Of a stretch of 64,000 nucleotides of DNA, positions 10,061-23,700 are shown one piece after another; position 1 is the stretch's first letter; every line of letters starts with the position of its first letter. The position numbers were made by a program, and so were the translations under genes. This DNA comes from Lama guanicoe (taxonomy: Eukaryota), in NCBI GenBank assembly GCA_013239625.1, contig MU053881.1, forward strand, positions 2,604,001 to 2,668,000. The letters are read 5' to 3'. The notes under the pieces were generated by a model that saw nothing but the letters and a program-made list of their open reading frames with translations, made no database searches and was not told the origin of the DNA.

Positions 10061-13000
10061 GCCAATCTGTCTGTAGCAGGCGCCGCACGGGCAGGGCTGG
10101 GCTGAGGTGGGGGCCGGATGAAGACGGCCTACGGGTTTCCAGGTCCCAGCCTGCCCCAGTCCCCTCTTTGGGGCCCGGCACATTCAGTCCAGGTACAAGA
10201 CTGGCCACCTCGGGCCTCAGCTTCTCCATCTCCTACCCTCCCCCGGAGGACCAGGCTGAGACAGGCTGCAGACTGGGAGGCGGGAAGGCGGCCTCGGGCG
10301 CCACCTACCGTACCGTAAATCACCTACTGATGACGCAAGACCGAGGGGCAGCTGATTGCTCAGGGCCGACCCGCTCACACCTCACTGCACATGCAGCGCA
10401 GGCGCATCGACGGCCACGCACGCGCGGACACGTGGTGCACGTACGCTGGTCCTTGCGAGCCAGTCCGAGTGCACGCACTGGGCAGGCACGCACGTGCACG
10501 CATGCTGGCAGACACGTGCAGACTCGCGCGCGCACTCATAGTTGGACGCGTGCTGTTGGACGCGTGCTGCGAAGATGTTTTCTGAGCCTAGCAGCGTGGG
10601 CCCTGAAAGAAGCTGCTATGCGTAAACCTTTGTCCCCCACCACTCCCCGAAATTTACATGTACACACCCCTGCGCACACCTGTCCACCGCAAAAAAACTC
10701 ATCCCAGTGGAGGGGAAATGGGCAGTTGCCCCCCTCCCCCAAAAAATTAGAGTACGGGCGATCGGTGCGCTACCCTTCCAGGAAAGGCACCCGAAAGTTT
10801 GCGACCTCGGCTGACAAGAGCAAAGGTCTGCAAAAACCTGGGAAGCCGGCCGGAAGCCTTGAGCGGATCCGGATCGGCACTAGAGGGCCCCCAACACCAC
10901 CTCCTTATGGGAAAAAATGGGGCGGAGACGCCACGGGGCTGCACAGAGGCCCCACCTCCAACAAGGCAGAGGCACTTTTCTGATTGGCACAGAAGCTCCC
11001 CACGCCACGCCCTCGTGGAGGCCCCGACCCAACCAGTGATAGGCCCCGCCCCCGTCGATGCAGCGCTCTTGCCCTCTTCCGCCGCAGCAACCCCCAAACC
11101 TGGCTCCTACAAAGGCCCCGTCACCGCCCACACGGAGGCCCCGCCCCCGCCCATGCGGAAGCCCAGTCTTGCTTCCCAGCAATAGCCCCCAATGTCGCCA
11201 AAGCAAGACCCCACCCCTTCTATGTCAGGTCCGACCTCCTTTCCGACCCAAGCCTTGCGTCGCCCCTGCAGCCCCAAGGGCTGGAAGGAGCCTGCTCTAT
11301 TCAATTAACCCCCAAATGTTTAGCGCCCCCTTCTCGGAGTCGATGGGGGCGGGAGATGGTGCCAAGCTCGGGAAGGCCTTGAAAGCTGGGGGAGACTGGT
11401 CCTCTCGGGTCACCTTGGCCTGCCTTTGCTTCTGGAAGTAGGAACCTGCTGGCAGATTCGTGTGCAAGGAGAACAAACCGGTGGGCTTCGATTCTCTGAC
11501 CCAACGTGCAGGTGCCAGGTTTTCCAGCTCCCTTTTGGCTGAATTAAGACACTATTATAACCCACAGTCCACAGGGATAGAAAACTGGTGGCCCTTAGGT
11601 TGAATTTGGCCTGTAGAGATGTTTAATTTGCTAGTGCAAGGTTTATTTATTTTTCATTCTAGTTGGCCGCAGTCCCTTGCGTTCCTCCCATCCGCTTCAC
11701 TCGTTTTCATGAACTGCCTGGCCTCTAAAGAATCTGAGTTTGCCACTTCCTCGCCAGCTACCAGCACCTGATCCCCATTTTTAGATGCCAAAACCAGGTT
11801 CACCATCTGGCTTGTGAAGAGGTTTATTCCTCCTTCCCGGGTGTCAAGCCATGCACCTTGTTTTCTGAGCTTGGTTTTCTACTCAGAGACCAATGTCCTC
11901 AGCTGCAGGGGTCACTTTAAATGCATTCCAGGCACAGGCCCAGAAGCACCAGCGGAATATGCCAACCCTGTGTCAGATGGCAGTCCTGACTGAGTGTGTG
12001 TGTGTGACAACGCACGGCTCATGTCTCCTCCCTTGTGACAGGGACAGAGCCATTTCCCCAGTGCCCAGTTTGTCCCAGGCATCCAGCATTTGCTTCCATT
12101 CATTTCACTGGAGACTGTCCGCAAGGATTCCTTGTTAGTAGCTCCAATTTACAGATAGGACAATGGAAGCAAGAGAGGCAAAGTTGCCTGCCCTAGGCCA
12201 CATTCAACTCCAAGCCTGAAGCCCAGTTTCTTTGGAATTTTCCGAAGGGACTTGCTCTGAGGAAGGACAGACAAAACCCACTGACAATAGGAAAATGTGG
12301 GTGCAGCAGAGCAAAGATCACAGGCTCCTGTGCAATTTTGTGGAGACCGCAAGTGAGATCGTGTGTGTGGTAGCGGAGGGGGCGTTGAGCTGTGTGTGCA
12401 CACTTGGGTATGGATGCGGGTGTTCTGTGTTCACAAGTGTATATAGATGCTGCCCACGTGTTCTGTGTGTTTAGTCACTGGCCAGTGGGTGTTGCTCACC
12501 TGCTCTGTTCTTGTAAGTAAGGGGCTGCAGGTTGCTGCCCTGACAGAACTCATGTCCATGGATCAACAAATACACGGGTCAAGATAATTTTGAGTTTTAT
12601 GAAGAACATAAAACAGACTGATGTGATGGACTGTAATAGGGAGGGGGTCGTGACCAACATTCAGTTGGATGGTCAGGTCAGGCCTCTGAGGAGGCGAGGT
12701 TGGAGCTGAAACCTGAATGAAGAGGAGGTGGCATAGGAGATCTGGGGAGAGCCCACCTGTGTTTGTATGGACACGGGGTGTGTGGTCAAGGGGGCCAAGC
12801 CCGGCCAGGCCTCCAAAATCTGTGGGTCCAGTTCTCCGCCTCACCTGGTCCACACCTTCCTTTCCTCTGCCTGTGTCTTTCCTCCACCTGGACATCTGCC
12901 TGCAACGCTTCCCTCTTCTGAGCTTCCCGTGGCCCTTCATCCAGAAGTGACTTCTAGTCATCCCCATCCCGCTCAACTGTGCACACAGAGACCCCCTCCT

Positions 13001-15278
13001 CACCCATGGCGGTGCTCTGCGGACCTTTGCCCACTGGCTAACCTGAAACTGCCCTCTCCCCTGATGAAGTGAGAGGGGCTGTCCCTGTGCCCCACCATTT
13101 GCCCATATCCCTCCCCATCTCCCCACCCCCACCCCTAGTAATGCGGCTCCACAGTCTTCTCTGGAACTTTATTTTTGTTTTCTCCCTTCCCTATTTATAG
13201 CTCTCTCCCCTCCGAACCATCCCTGCATCCATCCTGTTGCCTAGAAACCGGCTCTGGGCTGAGGGTGGGGGAAGGCCAGGCCGAGCCCAGGCAGGGGGAA
13301 GGAGGAGCTGTCACCCACTCCCCCTCTCGGCACCACCCCTGGGTTCCCAGAAGCCCACCTGCCCTTTGCCCAGCACCCACGGGTGTATTTTTTTTAAGAT
13401 AAAACAAAATGTGAACAACAGACGCCTTTGTGAAGTCCTTCATGGCTTCTAAAGGGCATGAGGCACAGGATTGCCCTAGTGCCTCTCCACAGCCTGCCCC
13501 ACTGGAGGTCTGGACCCATTTCTTCAGGTGAGGAAACTGAGGCTTTGGGAAACAAAGGTCCTGTAAGTCGTCTTCTCAGTAGAAACTCCATGGCTGTGCC
13601 CTTGTTAGCCTTAGGCTACTGGCCTGAAACACGGAAAAGATTTAGAAGCATAAATAATCCCACACTTCATTCTTTACATAAGGGTAAGAAGAAAAAATTT
13701 TGTAATGAGCCTATCACACTCAAGCCACCAGGCATGCATCCATCTACACTCCGCGTGCCCCCTACCTTGCCACTCCCCTGTGCCCCTTTCGATGCCCCAG
13801 CCATGGCCCTGCCACAGTCCTGCAACGTCCCACATTCCCCCACCATGCCCCCACCATGCCCAGCTGCAGCTCGGCTCCAGCCTCAATGCTCACCTTCTAC
13901 GGATTGGACCAAGAAGCCTAAGCTTGGTTCATTTCACCAACTGTGTGACCTTGGCTGGTTCATATAACTTCCCTGAGCGTCAGTTTCCTCAGCTCAAATG
14001 TAAGGATGCCCATTTCCACTCCGCTGGACTAAGAAGAGAATTAAATGCGATACTGAAGAGAAAGTGCTTTGAAAACTGTAGAATACTGCAACACGTGAGT
14101 GATCAATTAGCATAGTAAATATTGATATTGTTGTTGTTATTAGGGCCAAAAGGTGGGGGCACAGGAGCCAAAGTGGGCTCTGTGATCAGAGGGGGAACCC
14201 CCTGCCCATGTCTAGGTAGAAGGACCCTCTTCGCTGGCAGAATCGGTGGGGGCTGCCTGAGAGCACCTGCAGACCACTGAGGACTGAAGAGGGGCACTGA
14301 GGCTCTTTTGTGCCTGAGTCCTCCTTCTCAAGTGCCCCTGCCCTCTGTCCCTATTTTCTCCTGCCACCACTCCCTGTCCCCTACCCCAGGGCCCGTCTCT
14401 GCCTTCAAAATAGTTTCTTTGGGCAGAATCGGGGAGAGGGCTGCCTATGAGCAGTTGAGCCATGATTCAGCTTGAGTCACCCATCCGAATCCCAGGGCCG
14501 CCCCCAGCTGGGCTGGGGCCTGCAGCTGCTGGGGGGAGGGGATGTGGAGAGGAAGGGAGGGGGTCTTTGTGGGCAACAGGCTATGCTCATAGGTCCCCAG
14601 GCCAGGGGTTCTCATGAATGTCAGGGCCGTACTGTGAGGACCTGGGAGCGGTGCCTGTGAGGAAGCCAGGGTGGAGAAGACGACCCCGTGGACATCAATC
14701 ACCTGCGCTGACTGGGGAGGCAGGGTTTGTGTGTGTGCACGTGTGTGCGCGCACACGTGCTTGTGCATGTATGAGTGTTGCATGTGTATCTGACTAAATG
14801 AAAAAGGGCTGATAGTGTGGGCAGGAGTTTGGCTCCCAGTTTTATCACTTTCAAACTGTGTGGCCCTGGCAAGTTACTTAACTTCTCAGAACTTTGGTTT
14901 CCTCATCTATGAAATGAGAATAATAATAATATGTCTCAGATGATTTTCCTTAAGGGTTGAGTATGATGAGATGATGACTGCAAAGCACTTGGGCTGCCAG
15001 TAAATGGCCCACCACCACCACCATCATCATCTTGGGTATACAGGGTTACACACTGCATGCGTGAGGACAGATACATCTCTGAGTGTTTGTATCCAGGGCT
15101 GTGTCCCTACAAGCCTCAGAGAGTGGGAGGTCTGTGTGAGTGTTTCTTAAAGAAGAAGGTGAATGTGTGTTTTGTGTGCATCTGTGAAGCAAAGAGAAAT
15201 TTCCAGAAAGTTGGGTGTATATGGCATTGCCTGCCATGTCATCCCGCCCCTTTTCCCTCTCTTCCCCATCCTGTCTCT

Positions 15279-15320
15279 CACACACACACACACACACATA
15301 CACACACACGCACGCACGCA
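15279..15320. repeat. (CA)n/(CACG)n microsatellite
   Basis: Seen directly. Confidence 0.95.
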
Positions 15321-16479
15321 TTCCCTAGAGGCTATGATTTGCTGAAATTTGGACCAGACCAGGACCAGCGTCCAGGCAAGGGGTGAGGAAACTCAGACCT
15401 TCTCAAAAGCCTTAAGCCTCAGGTAAAGCTGGAATAGGAGCCAGATCCCAAAAGCGGTGTGCCTGGGTGTGAAAGGGGACTGTTTTGATGGAGTGAACAT
15501 GAATATGATATAAACACGAGAGAGCATGAAGTGTGTGTGTACACACAAGCGTGTGTGTGTGCCCGCGCACAGGGGTGGCATTGGGGGGGTGGCTGCAGTC
15601 TCTGCTCTTGTACAGTCTGCTTGTCTCCATGGTGCCTGTTGCCACACATGCTTGCTTTTCAGAAAGTCACCGGGATTGTTTATTCCACCCCCGGCCTGGG
15701 TGCCAGCCAAGGAGCTGCAGGCACTTGTTTATCTTCTGGTGTGTACGAGTGTGTATGGCTTCCCAAAGGCAGAGCAACCCGAGATACAGATGCACACACA
15801 CTCACATGGGTGAGGGTGACCATGTTGTTTGTCAAAGGATGAGTCTGAACCCCAAGATGAGCCATAATCTGGACCCAGGCAGACTCGCTCCACTTGAGGA
15901 CAAAGATGACCCTCAGCAGCTCCAGGCAGACACACCATCAATTCAGCAACCCCCAAAGCTCCAGGGAAGTGGAAGAGCCAGTTGCCCTGGCTGTGGTCCT
16001 GTACTCTGCCTCCACCCCCAGGACTAATCACTGCATAGTGATTGGCCAGGCCAATTTTAGGGATCACTGCCCACCCCTAAAGCTGGCAGTGGAGTCCGTC
16101 CCACTCCATCACATGGACTGGAGTGGGGAGGTGGTTCCCCAGGGAAAATGGAAGTGTTGTGGTCAGACAAGGGTGCGCAGGGCTGGGCTTGCCATGCCCT
16201 GGCGTCCACCGCGAGTGCTACACTATGCTTGGTGCTTGTTGCTCTTTCCTCCCTCCATCCTCCTCAGAGCCCTGAGAGCTCAGAGTTACAAATGATGAAG
16301 GTGAGACTCGGAGAGACCTCAGCCAAGAAACACAGCTAGTAACTGGCAGAGTCAGGATCTGTACCCACACTGCCTACCTCCATGCCCCTTTGGAACTCCC
16401 ACTCTGCCTAGGCAGGTGTTTTGTGTTGTTGTCTGGAAATTTTCATTTTTAAACATATTCTTATCAACAAGTCCCAGTG

Positions 16480-16995
16480 GAACAAGAGTGGTTGGGCAGT
16501 GGCAAAGGCACAGATGGAAAGAGGCCCTGACTCTGCCCACGTAGCAGATATGGCCAGACCTCTGACCACATCCCCTCAGATGACCTTACCATTTCTGTGC
16601 CCACCAGCAGAACTCCCAACCGCATCTTTGTCAAACAGCAGTCCCCAAGCTCTGGAATCCACTTTCTCCATATGCACTGCGGACTAGAAGTGCCAGGGGA
16701 TTAATACACAGCCCCATGGGCCGGCTCTTCACCAGTGTCTTCCCAGTGCTCAGATATAAATACACCAGCTCCCTCGCCCTCAGCTGGGGGAATTCTGAGA
16801 TGTGCATTTACCCCATTTCCCAAAATTTCCTGCAGGATTAAGCCTCACTCATCCACTGTGGTAGCTGGCTCAATAATTACCTCTTATTGGATGTCTTCCC
16901 CTCCTGGGTCACCTTCCCACTCCCCTGCTGGTGTTCCCACACCTCCCAAGTAAACCACATTCCCTCAATCTTCATTTCAGGGTTTGTGAGCTGCC
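16480..16995 (+). mobile_element. ERVL-type solo LTR (LTR16-like)
   Basis: Recognised motifs agtgccaggggattaa, caggattaagcc, tcccaagtaaaccac; family call from memory. Confidence 0.45.
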
Positions 16996-17059
16996 CCAGG
17001 GTGCTGGATCCCATCCTATCCTTCCACACTGAGCATCTGGGCCCAGCCATTATGATCTC

Positions 17060-17900
17060 CTTTCTTGGCATCTCCCTTCCCCTCTCTACTGGCCTCCTCC
17101 CATTAGAATTTAAATGCCTCCAAGTCTCCTCCTATCCCCCCGGTAGAGACTATCAGATCTCCTTTCTCTCTCCAAGCCCAAACTTGTGAAGGGAGTCATC
17201 TTCTTGCGCTCTCCACTTCCTTACTCTCATTTACTCATCAATCCCTGACCCCCAAGTGTGGCTTCCACCCCACCACCACCACTCCACTGACTGTGTTTTC
17301 ATCAAATTTCCATTAGCTTTTTTTCAAGGACATCTCTCAGGCTATATCTTGTCTTCCTGATGCAGCTGCCCCTGACCTCCTTCTGGAACGTTCTCTCCTT
17401 TTGTCTTTGAGACATCACACTCTTCTGGTTTCTTCTGGTTTTTCAGACCACTTTTTCTCATTCTTCTTTGCAGCCTCCTTTTCCCAGATGCTCCCTTAAT
17501 GTTGGTGTTCCTCGGGGTGGACCTGGGGCCCTTGTCTCACTCTATTTGTTCCATACTCTCCCCTCATGACCTCCATCACCAGCTCCCTGGTCTGTCTACA
17601 GCCTTGGCCACTTCAGAGCTCAGATATCGACTTGGAAGTCTCAGTGTCCCACAAGACCCTTCTTTCCCCAGGTCTCATCAGGTATCTCATCATCCATTTG
17701 GCTCCCCAAGGCAGGACCTCAGAGAGGAAGCAGAATCCTCTCTCTCCTCAAACTCACATCCACCCCATGACCAAGACCTGCTGACTTTATCCCTAAATAG
17801 GTATTGAATCTGTCACCTCCACTCCATCCCAGTTGGTTCAGACATCATTATCTCTCACCTGGACAACAGCTACGGCCTCCCCACTTATGCCCTGGTCGCG
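17060..17900 (+). mobile_element. L2 relic (ORF2 region)
   Basis: Pyrimidine-rich L2 signature (ggcttccacccc...tccactgactg, acactcttctggttt, tctcacctggac). Confidence 0.55.
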
Positions 17901-18163
17901 CTACTACCCACACTTGCTCTGCCCCAGGGGGAACTGCAGGTTCTTGCCACTTTTCATGTCTTGTGACATGCCTAAGTCTGCCTAAGACTTGATGTCTTCA
18001 TCTGGATCGTGGGGTCAGTAAAGTTTACTTTGAAAGACTGTTTGGAAAATAAAGTGAAACGATGAGTGTAGAACAGGATTTGTAAACTGTGAAGCGAAGT
18101 GCCCTTGTGAGCAACGAATGAGCAATTTCAGGGCCAGAAACATTAGGAAGACGCCCTTGCATG

Positions 18164-18184
18164 GGTGTTGTCCGTGGTGCTGAA
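18164..18184 (-). promoter_or_regulatory. REST/NRSF RE1 element
   Basis: TTCAGCACCACGGACAACACC, 19/21 to consensus TTCAGCACCACGGACAGCGCC; about 1.3 kb upstream of GPRIN1 exon 1. Confidence 0.8.
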
Positions 18185-18899
18185 AATTGGTTTGGCACTC
18201 CCGTTTTCTGCTTCCCTGGGATGCTGGTTGAAGAAGGCAATCTGATAGATTTTTTTCATTTGCTATCTAGATTTTTTTTAATTTTTAACAATTACTGTGA
18301 CTTATGGTTCACCAGGTAAGTGAGAGGAAGAGAAAGTAAGGATGAAGCTTGAGGTTTCAGGAGTCAGCTCCATTACTAACTAGTTGTGCGAGAACAGACA
18401 AGTCACCTATCAGCAGTATCTCAGTTTTTATCTGAGAAATGGGGATACAATACATTAATATTAACTTACTTATAAGTGACTGGAAATTGAAATTAGAAGA
18501 AACCTGTAAACATTTTTTTAACTTAGCACAGTGCCCCTAAATAAGCGTTGTATTAACGTTAGCTGTTACCATTTTTAGTAGGTGGTTTCACAGCACAGGC
18601 GAGAGAGTTTTATCAGCTCTTGGCAATTACGGAATTATTTTTTCTCCTCTGGGAAGTCAAAGGGGAGGGGACTATTTCTCTGTTCTGAAACGTCCAGGAG
18701 GGGTGGGCAGCAAGTCCTCTTGTCCTTGGCAATTTAGATTCAACTGGAAGCCCCTGAACACCTACTTCAAGGACCTTCGTCCTTCCAAGACTGATTAATG
18801 TTAGTCCCATTTTATAGATCGGGAAATTGAGACTCGGAGAGGTGAAATAATTTGCTCGAGGGTACCCAGGAGGAGAACCCGGCTTACACAGACTAGAAG

Positions 18900-20170
18900 G
18901 TGGGCGGGCACCCGGGCTAGGGAGGCCAGTAGCGGGGAAATCGAAGGAGCTCCCACCTCCTCCCCCAACCACTCCTGTCCCCTCCACTCGCAGGAGCGTG
19001 GGCGTCTGCGAGACAAAGGGGGCGGGGGCGGGGCAGAGGAGCGGGGGAAGGAGGCCGGAAGTGCGGCCAAGGCGGAGGGGGGAAATTCCGCGCAGGGAGA
19101 GCTCGGAGATCGCGCCGACCTGGGTCCCTATCCAAGCCCCTAGTATTTTCGAACAAGTGGGTTCCTCTCTGGGCCCCGGTCTCCTCCGAGGTGATACAAG
19201 CAGAATGCGTTCGCGGGGCTGGATTGAGTGAGATCTGAGAGACAGCGCGCCCCGCCCTCGACAGGCGCGCAGCAAATGGGGAGCCCCTCCGCCCCTCAGT
19301 CTCCTTGTCTGTGAAATGGGAACTGAGTCGAGGATGGTGGGGAACCCAGCAGCTCAGGGACCGCGGTGAGGGGCGGCGGGCGAGGGGCGCCCCTCCCTCC
19401 TTCGGTCCCCTGCTTCCCAGCCGGCACCGCCCCCTCCCGGGTGCCGGGGCCGCGAGTCAGCCAGTGCGCATGCCCGGGGCGGGGCGCCGGGAGGGAGCGC
19501 GGAGCCGGCGCGGGGGACGGCGGCGCGGAGTCCGCGGGTCCGCCCGCCAGCCCGGCCCGAGGCAGCCGAGGCCGCTCGGGCGGCGGCGGCGGTGGCGGGA
19601 GCCGGAGCGCAGCGCACCGAGGAGACGAAGCGACGGCACCGCCGGGTAAGAGCCGCGCCCGCACCTGCAGCCCCCACCGGGCGGGCGGTGTCTACCCCCT
19701 TTTACCGCTCGCGGCCGCCCCGGAGCCGCTGTCCAGGGTCCTCGAACCGCCTGGGTAGCGGGGCTCCGGCACAGTGCGCGGCGTGAGTCCGCCGTGCGCC
19801 CGGGTGAAGGTACGCGAGCGGCCGGAGCGGCGGGTGTCCATTTCCAGGCTCCTCCGGGGCGGGGCGGGGCGGGGGCGGGTCCGCAATCCCGGCTGAGCAC
19901 CCGAGGGGCCCTGCGGGCCAGCCCGCCCTGTATGTAGGACCCCGGCCCCGAGCCTTTGTTTGGCACTGCGGTGCGGGAGAGGGCGCTTCCCGCCATCGCG
20001 GGGAGGGGGTCCGCCCGCGTTGATTCATTTTCCCCCTGGAGCGAGCTCGGCGCTCGAGTGGCTCTACTGGCACCACTGAGCACACTCGCTGTCGCACGCT
20101 CAGTGTGGCACACACTCTGGGGCTCCGTCATACACAGTCACACACTCACTGCTCGAGGCCACGCACGGGT
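18900..20170 (+). promoter_or_regulatory. GPRIN1: CpG island / GPRIN1 promoter
   Basis: Very high GC and CpG; NRF1-like TGCGCATGC at 19465, ETS CCGGAAGT near 19055, multiple GGGGCGGGG boxes. Confidence 0.8.
19500..19645 (+). other. GPRIN1: GPRIN1 non-coding exon 1 (5' start approximate)
   Basis: Donor CGG|GTAAGA at 19645/19646; matching acceptor ctctctctgtgtttcag ending at 26304. Confidence 0.7.
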
Positions 20171-20665
20171 CCACACGAACACTGTGGCCTTTATCATTCC
20201 ATCAGACTCATACACATGGCCACCTGGGCACCCACCCAGTACACCTTGTGTACACACCCAGGCATACCTACGCACTCACACCAGCCATCGCCTATCACAG
20301 TACACTCAACTCAGCAATACTTGAACACAACACGCTGGCAGGCACCCTGCTCTGGCCTGCATGTGCCTGTTCACACCTGCACATCGTAGTGTCTCTCATG
20401 TACCCCCAGACCCTGCAGTAGCGTGTCACACACTCCCTGTCACACACTCTCTGGCTTTTAGCTTGCTCTTCGCCCCCCACTCCTGCATGTCCACTCTTGC
20501 CCTCCATGGATGGATGGATGGTCTCAGGGCCGTTTCTGGAAGGAAGCCTGGATATCACCCTTTGCTAGACTCCATCTCCCCTCCAGGCCCAGGAGGAAGC
20601 TTTGCTGCTCTGAGGATTCTAGGAGACAAGGGGATGAGAGGGTGAGGGGCAGCATACCAAGACTG

Positions 20666-20666
<1 letters not shown>

Positions 20667-20709
<43 letters not shown>
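20667..20709. repeat. perfect (CA)n microsatellite, about 21 units
   Basis: Seen directly. Confidence 0.95.
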
Positions 20710-20712
<3 letters not shown>

Positions 20713-23700
20713 CGCACCTGCCGAAGCCCCACAAGCCTTTGTCGATCTTGTCACCATGGGAGGAGGTGTTTGCAGATGCCTGGCAGCCCTGGCTCCAACT
20801 AGGGAAGGAATCCTAGAGGAAAAGGAACGGGCTGGCCAGGTCTCTGGACCTGAGTGAGCTACAAGCACCTCCGCACATACCCAAGCCAGCTCTCCCATGA
20901 GTGAGGCTCTGAGGCCATGTGGCCACATATGTGCACACACAGGGTCCAAGTGGCCCCGTGAGACAAAATCACACATGCCATTCTGCACATACAAGTTGAA
21001 CATGTGCACACCAAGTTCTTGAACAGAAGGCAGGAGCCAGGTCCTGGCTCCCCAGGCTGACCTAAGCTGGCACAGGCGTCCACAAGCAGTCTACATGCTC
21101 CTCTGCCTGCCGGGTGAGCCAGCTGACATATCTGGGGTCATTTTACTCTTTTCCCTCAATCAGGCGTCACACGTATGCTGGCTCATCTGCTCAGAGGGTG
21201 TTCCCGCAGGTGGGTTACGCTCTTGCTTCCTCTCCCAGATGCTCCTTCACACTGTTGCCGGTTAGGTCCAGGGGATTGGGAGGGCTCTTGGCATGACCCT
21301 GAAGAGCAGAAAGGGGTTTTGAGAGCCAAACATCAGTGTCCAAGATCTCAGCTGATATGAGTGGGAAGAACCCAGGTTTTGGATTCAGACTCAACAGGCT
21401 TTTAACCACAACCTCTGTCCCAGCTGTGTGCCCTTGGTCAAGTCTTTTCTCCCTTTGACTTCCGTGTCCTCATCTGTGAAATGGGATGCTAATGCCCTCC
21501 CTCATGAGATTGTTATGGAGTCTAGATGCTAAAATGAGCCTGAGAATGCTGGGTCCAGGGCTGAGCACACAGCGGAAGAGTGATGGAGCTGGGTTCCAGT
21601 GGGAGATGGGAGGCAAGGAAGTGGGGCCCCATTCCTGGGCTGCCTTTTGGAGAAGTGGCTGGAGCATACCGAGGCTTCCTGGAGAGCCAAGAAAAGCCTA
21701 GCAGAACTATGAGCAGCAGAGCTTCTGGAAATGGGATCTCAGCAGATCTTAAACCCAGGGCTCAGCCACCTCTTCTAGATATAACTACATCCTCTCCCCC
21801 ATTTCACGGGTTAGGAAACTGAGGCCCAGAGTGTGGGAAAACTCACCCAAAGTCATATGTCAATGATGAAGCTAGAGCCTGACCCCAAATCTTTCTAACC
21901 CTCTGGCCAGGCTCTCTGTCCTTACCCTGGACCTGATCCCACATCAGAGAACTGTGAGCTGAGAACTCAGAAGCCAGCCTCTTCCGGGGGGCTTTCAGAA
22001 GGAGCATGTGGCCAGCTGGGCCATGCCTGCTTCTCGGAACCCCAATTTCTTCCTCTGGAAAATAAGAACACAACACCCGCCTGGAAAGCGTACGGGATCG
22101 GCACATAAGTATAGTAAGGCCTTGATGGGTGCGAGGTCACCTTCCTTGGCATCTAGGTCAAGGGTCAAAACTCAGGCGGCTACAGGCCAGGTAGATACGG
22201 TGCATGAGGGGCTGGCTGTAAGAAAAACAATGGTGCAAATCAGTGACCAGTGGCAGTGGGCAGTCAACCTCAGCGTCCCGACACCACAGGGAGGGGTGGA
22301 GATGGTGGCTAACTGGAGGGTATTCCCCATCTAAGGAGGCAGCCACTGCTTGGCTCCAGCTGACCACTGCCTTGCAGAAAGCACACTCAGATTGCTAAAT
22401 TTTAGTCTTCCAAGAGAAGCTAGAAATCTGATTTTCACATGAAATCTTCTACTTTTTAAAATGTTGATTAGTTAATTCCTTTAAAAAATTTTTTCTAAGC
22501 ACTCTGAGTTAATCGAGCGCGTTCATGGGCGAGGTTTCGCCAGTTTGTGCCTGTGCTGCTGGCCCTCCCTCCCCAGCCCCCTCCTGGGAGCACAGCTGGG
22601 CTCTGACAGGCTGAGTAGATAAAAACAGGCCTTCCATGCACACAGCCCAGCCCTAAAGTAGCAGAGCCGCGCACACCCCTTATCTTCTTTAATTCTCACT
22701 GTAGCCCAGAAGGAGCAGGGGGTGGGTCTGTCAGGGTCCCCAGTGAGGAGAAGGGACTTGCCTGAGGTCACAGCTGGTCAGAGGGTGTTGTCCTGACTTC
22801 CTGTCCACGCTTCACCTGGGGGAAGGGAGCCTGTCGGAGGGGCTAGTGTGAGAGGACCCCCTGCTGGGCTACCTAAGGGGAAAGGAAGGCTGGTGAGGAC
22901 TCAGAGCACCCCTCCTCCAGCCCTTGCTGACTCTTTCCAGCTCCAGCCCGAGCTCCCTGTACACCTACCATTTTTATACTGAGGAAAACCAGACCCAAAG
23001 AATTCCAGCAGACCTCTCCTGTGTTTCAAGCCTGTCTCCCAGCTGCCTCCTGGACACCCCCTGATAAGTCCCACAGGCCCCCCCAGTTCAGCTTCCCAAA
23101 ACCCAGTGCCCCACCATCTTCTGCAGAACTTCCCCTCCCCGCCGTGTCCCCATTTTGGTGGTAACAGTCATCCCCCACAAGTCCCACAAACCCACAGCTC
23201 GGGGGACCCAGTGGTGAGCAGTATCAATTGAGTCCCCTTCCAGGGACCCAAGGGATAGATGGGGACCCAGAGGTATAATGGGCTACATTTATAATGGCAG
23301 GAGTCTGGTTAGGGGCAGAACAGGAGGCCATGGGAATCCCAAGGAAGCTGGTGGGCAAAGAAGGCTTCCTGAAGGAGGAGACATTTCAATTGAGAACTGA
23401 AAGTTTAATAAGAGCCAAGCAGGAAGGTGTGTGGAGGCTAAGATGGGAGCGAATGTGAACTCATGGTTGAACCCAAAGAGGTTTCGTGTGTGTGCGTGTG
23501 TGTGTACCTGCTTCGAGGGATGGAGTGCATGATGAAAGATAAAACCCAGCAGGTAAGTAAATACAGGGCTTAGAAGCACATTGTAGAGTTGGACTTGACC
23601 CTAAAAGTAATGGAGTCATTAAAGATTGCTTTTTTCCCCAGTTTTTAAACAAGTAATATATGTACATAGAACCAAAATTCAAGCATCGCAAAGCGGCGTT

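Noticed and set aside
9185..10983. 332-aa (-) and 271-aa (+) ORFs near the SNCB 3' end
   Set aside because: Low-complexity products of GC-rich DNA with no recognised homology or splice support
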